Positions 8,766-9,010 of a stretch of 9,010 nt of DNA are shown here, piece after piece. The stretch lies in the NCBI GenBank assembly GCA_030704615.1, contig JAKLZA010000339.1:1-9010 (forward strand), given 5' to 3'. The notes under the pieces were generated by a model that ran no database searches, had not been told where the DNA came from, and worked only from the letters and a program-made list of their open reading frames with translations. Positions within the stretch are counted from its first letter, which is position 1, and each line of letters begins with the position of its first letter. Origin of the DNA: Takakia lepidozioides (Eukaryota; Plantae; Bryophyta). A program made the translations under genes and the position numbers.

Positions 8766-8873
8766 GTAAGATACTCTACCCTCCCTAGCACGTTCGAAAG
8801 CGTGCGCATTTCGGTTTTCCATTCTGGTTTGTTCCGTGCTTCCGTGTACTGAACTGAGAGTTGTGCCTTGCAG
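8766..8873 (+). other. 108-bp phase-2 spliceosomal intron in the ParB-like gene
   Basis: TC|GTAAGA...T-rich...GTGCCTTGCAG|G. Splicing removes the TAA and continues AMADLNSVTENAYVHT. Confidence 0.75.
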
Positions 8874-9010
8874 GGTCACTGAAAATGCGTACGTGCATAC
8901 CCACAGGCACACATGCGTACAGGGTGAGGAAAACTGGTCTCACTGATCCGCAATGTTTTTTGCGGAAATGACCTGGAGCCCAGCTCATTCAGAAAGCCGT
9001 TGCAAAAACA

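Larger units (their letters stand above)
327..9010. mobile_element. Putative large Mutator-like (MULE/MuDR superfamily) DNA transposon; boundaries approximate, right end probably outside the window
   Basis: MULE DDE + SWIM transposase gene. The same palindrome occurs on both sides of it (891-912 and 5196-6940). Short-repeat cluster at 327-577 resembles a subterminal region. No TIR pair or TSD could be identified, and including the ParB-like gene in the element is inference. Confidence 0.55.
7334..9010 (+). pseudogene. Frameshifted (pseudogene or error-rich assembly) gene for a ParB/Srx-like domain protein with a long disordered N-terminus; 3' end runs off the window
   Basis: Probable start MPKGRKQMR at 7334, then low-complexity P/A/S/E-rich segments. 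Stitching frames over 8326-8765 gives DLRIPLCRMVSLPIVRQAL/RDVDKLKFAFREGYRLG/AAFYVSIENEDG...W...VGKMFFVW/DGNHRL/LAWWEYI...LECVIL...LLKNAMADLN. DGNHRLLA fits the ParB GxxRxxA motif. Confidence 0.68.

Noticed and set aside
7180-8988. Minus-strand ORFs 7245..7736, 7924..8229, 8372..8686, 8451..8912
   Set aside because: Antisense to the ParB-like gene, whose motifs and splice sites are on the plus strand.

Overview
Eukaryotic DNA (short GT-AG introns; a non-seed plant or streptophyte alga is my guess, not shown) that appears to be mostly one large Mutator-like (MULE) DNA transposon region. (1) The minus strand, 4768->1164, holds one transposase gene of about 1,170 aa that the ORF track splits into five pieces through three 1-nt deletions and an 83-bp intron. 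Its domains are a GCM-type Zn/DNA-binding domain, a MULE DDE core with all three acidic residues, a PARP-finger-like Cys module and a C-terminal SWIM finger. (2) 5196-6940 is an array of about 31 copies of the 22-bp palindrome GGAAATGCGG-YR-CCGCATTTCC at a near-constant 53-bp period (5 helical turns), with five recurring spacer classes. It resembles CRISPR but is not one. (3) The plus strand from about 7334 to the window end holds a divergent, heavily frameshifted, intron-containing gene. It is invisible as such in the ORF track and carries a ParB/Srx-type motif (FFVW-DGNHRL-LAW). The palindrome half-site ATGCGG matches the core of the GCM-binding consensus, and isolated copies recur at the left end beside CATGAGC repeats. 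The candidate new system is a GCM-MULE transposase plus a ParB-fold protein flanking a helically phased, parS-like palindrome array. All domain calls are from motif recognition by eye; no searches were run.
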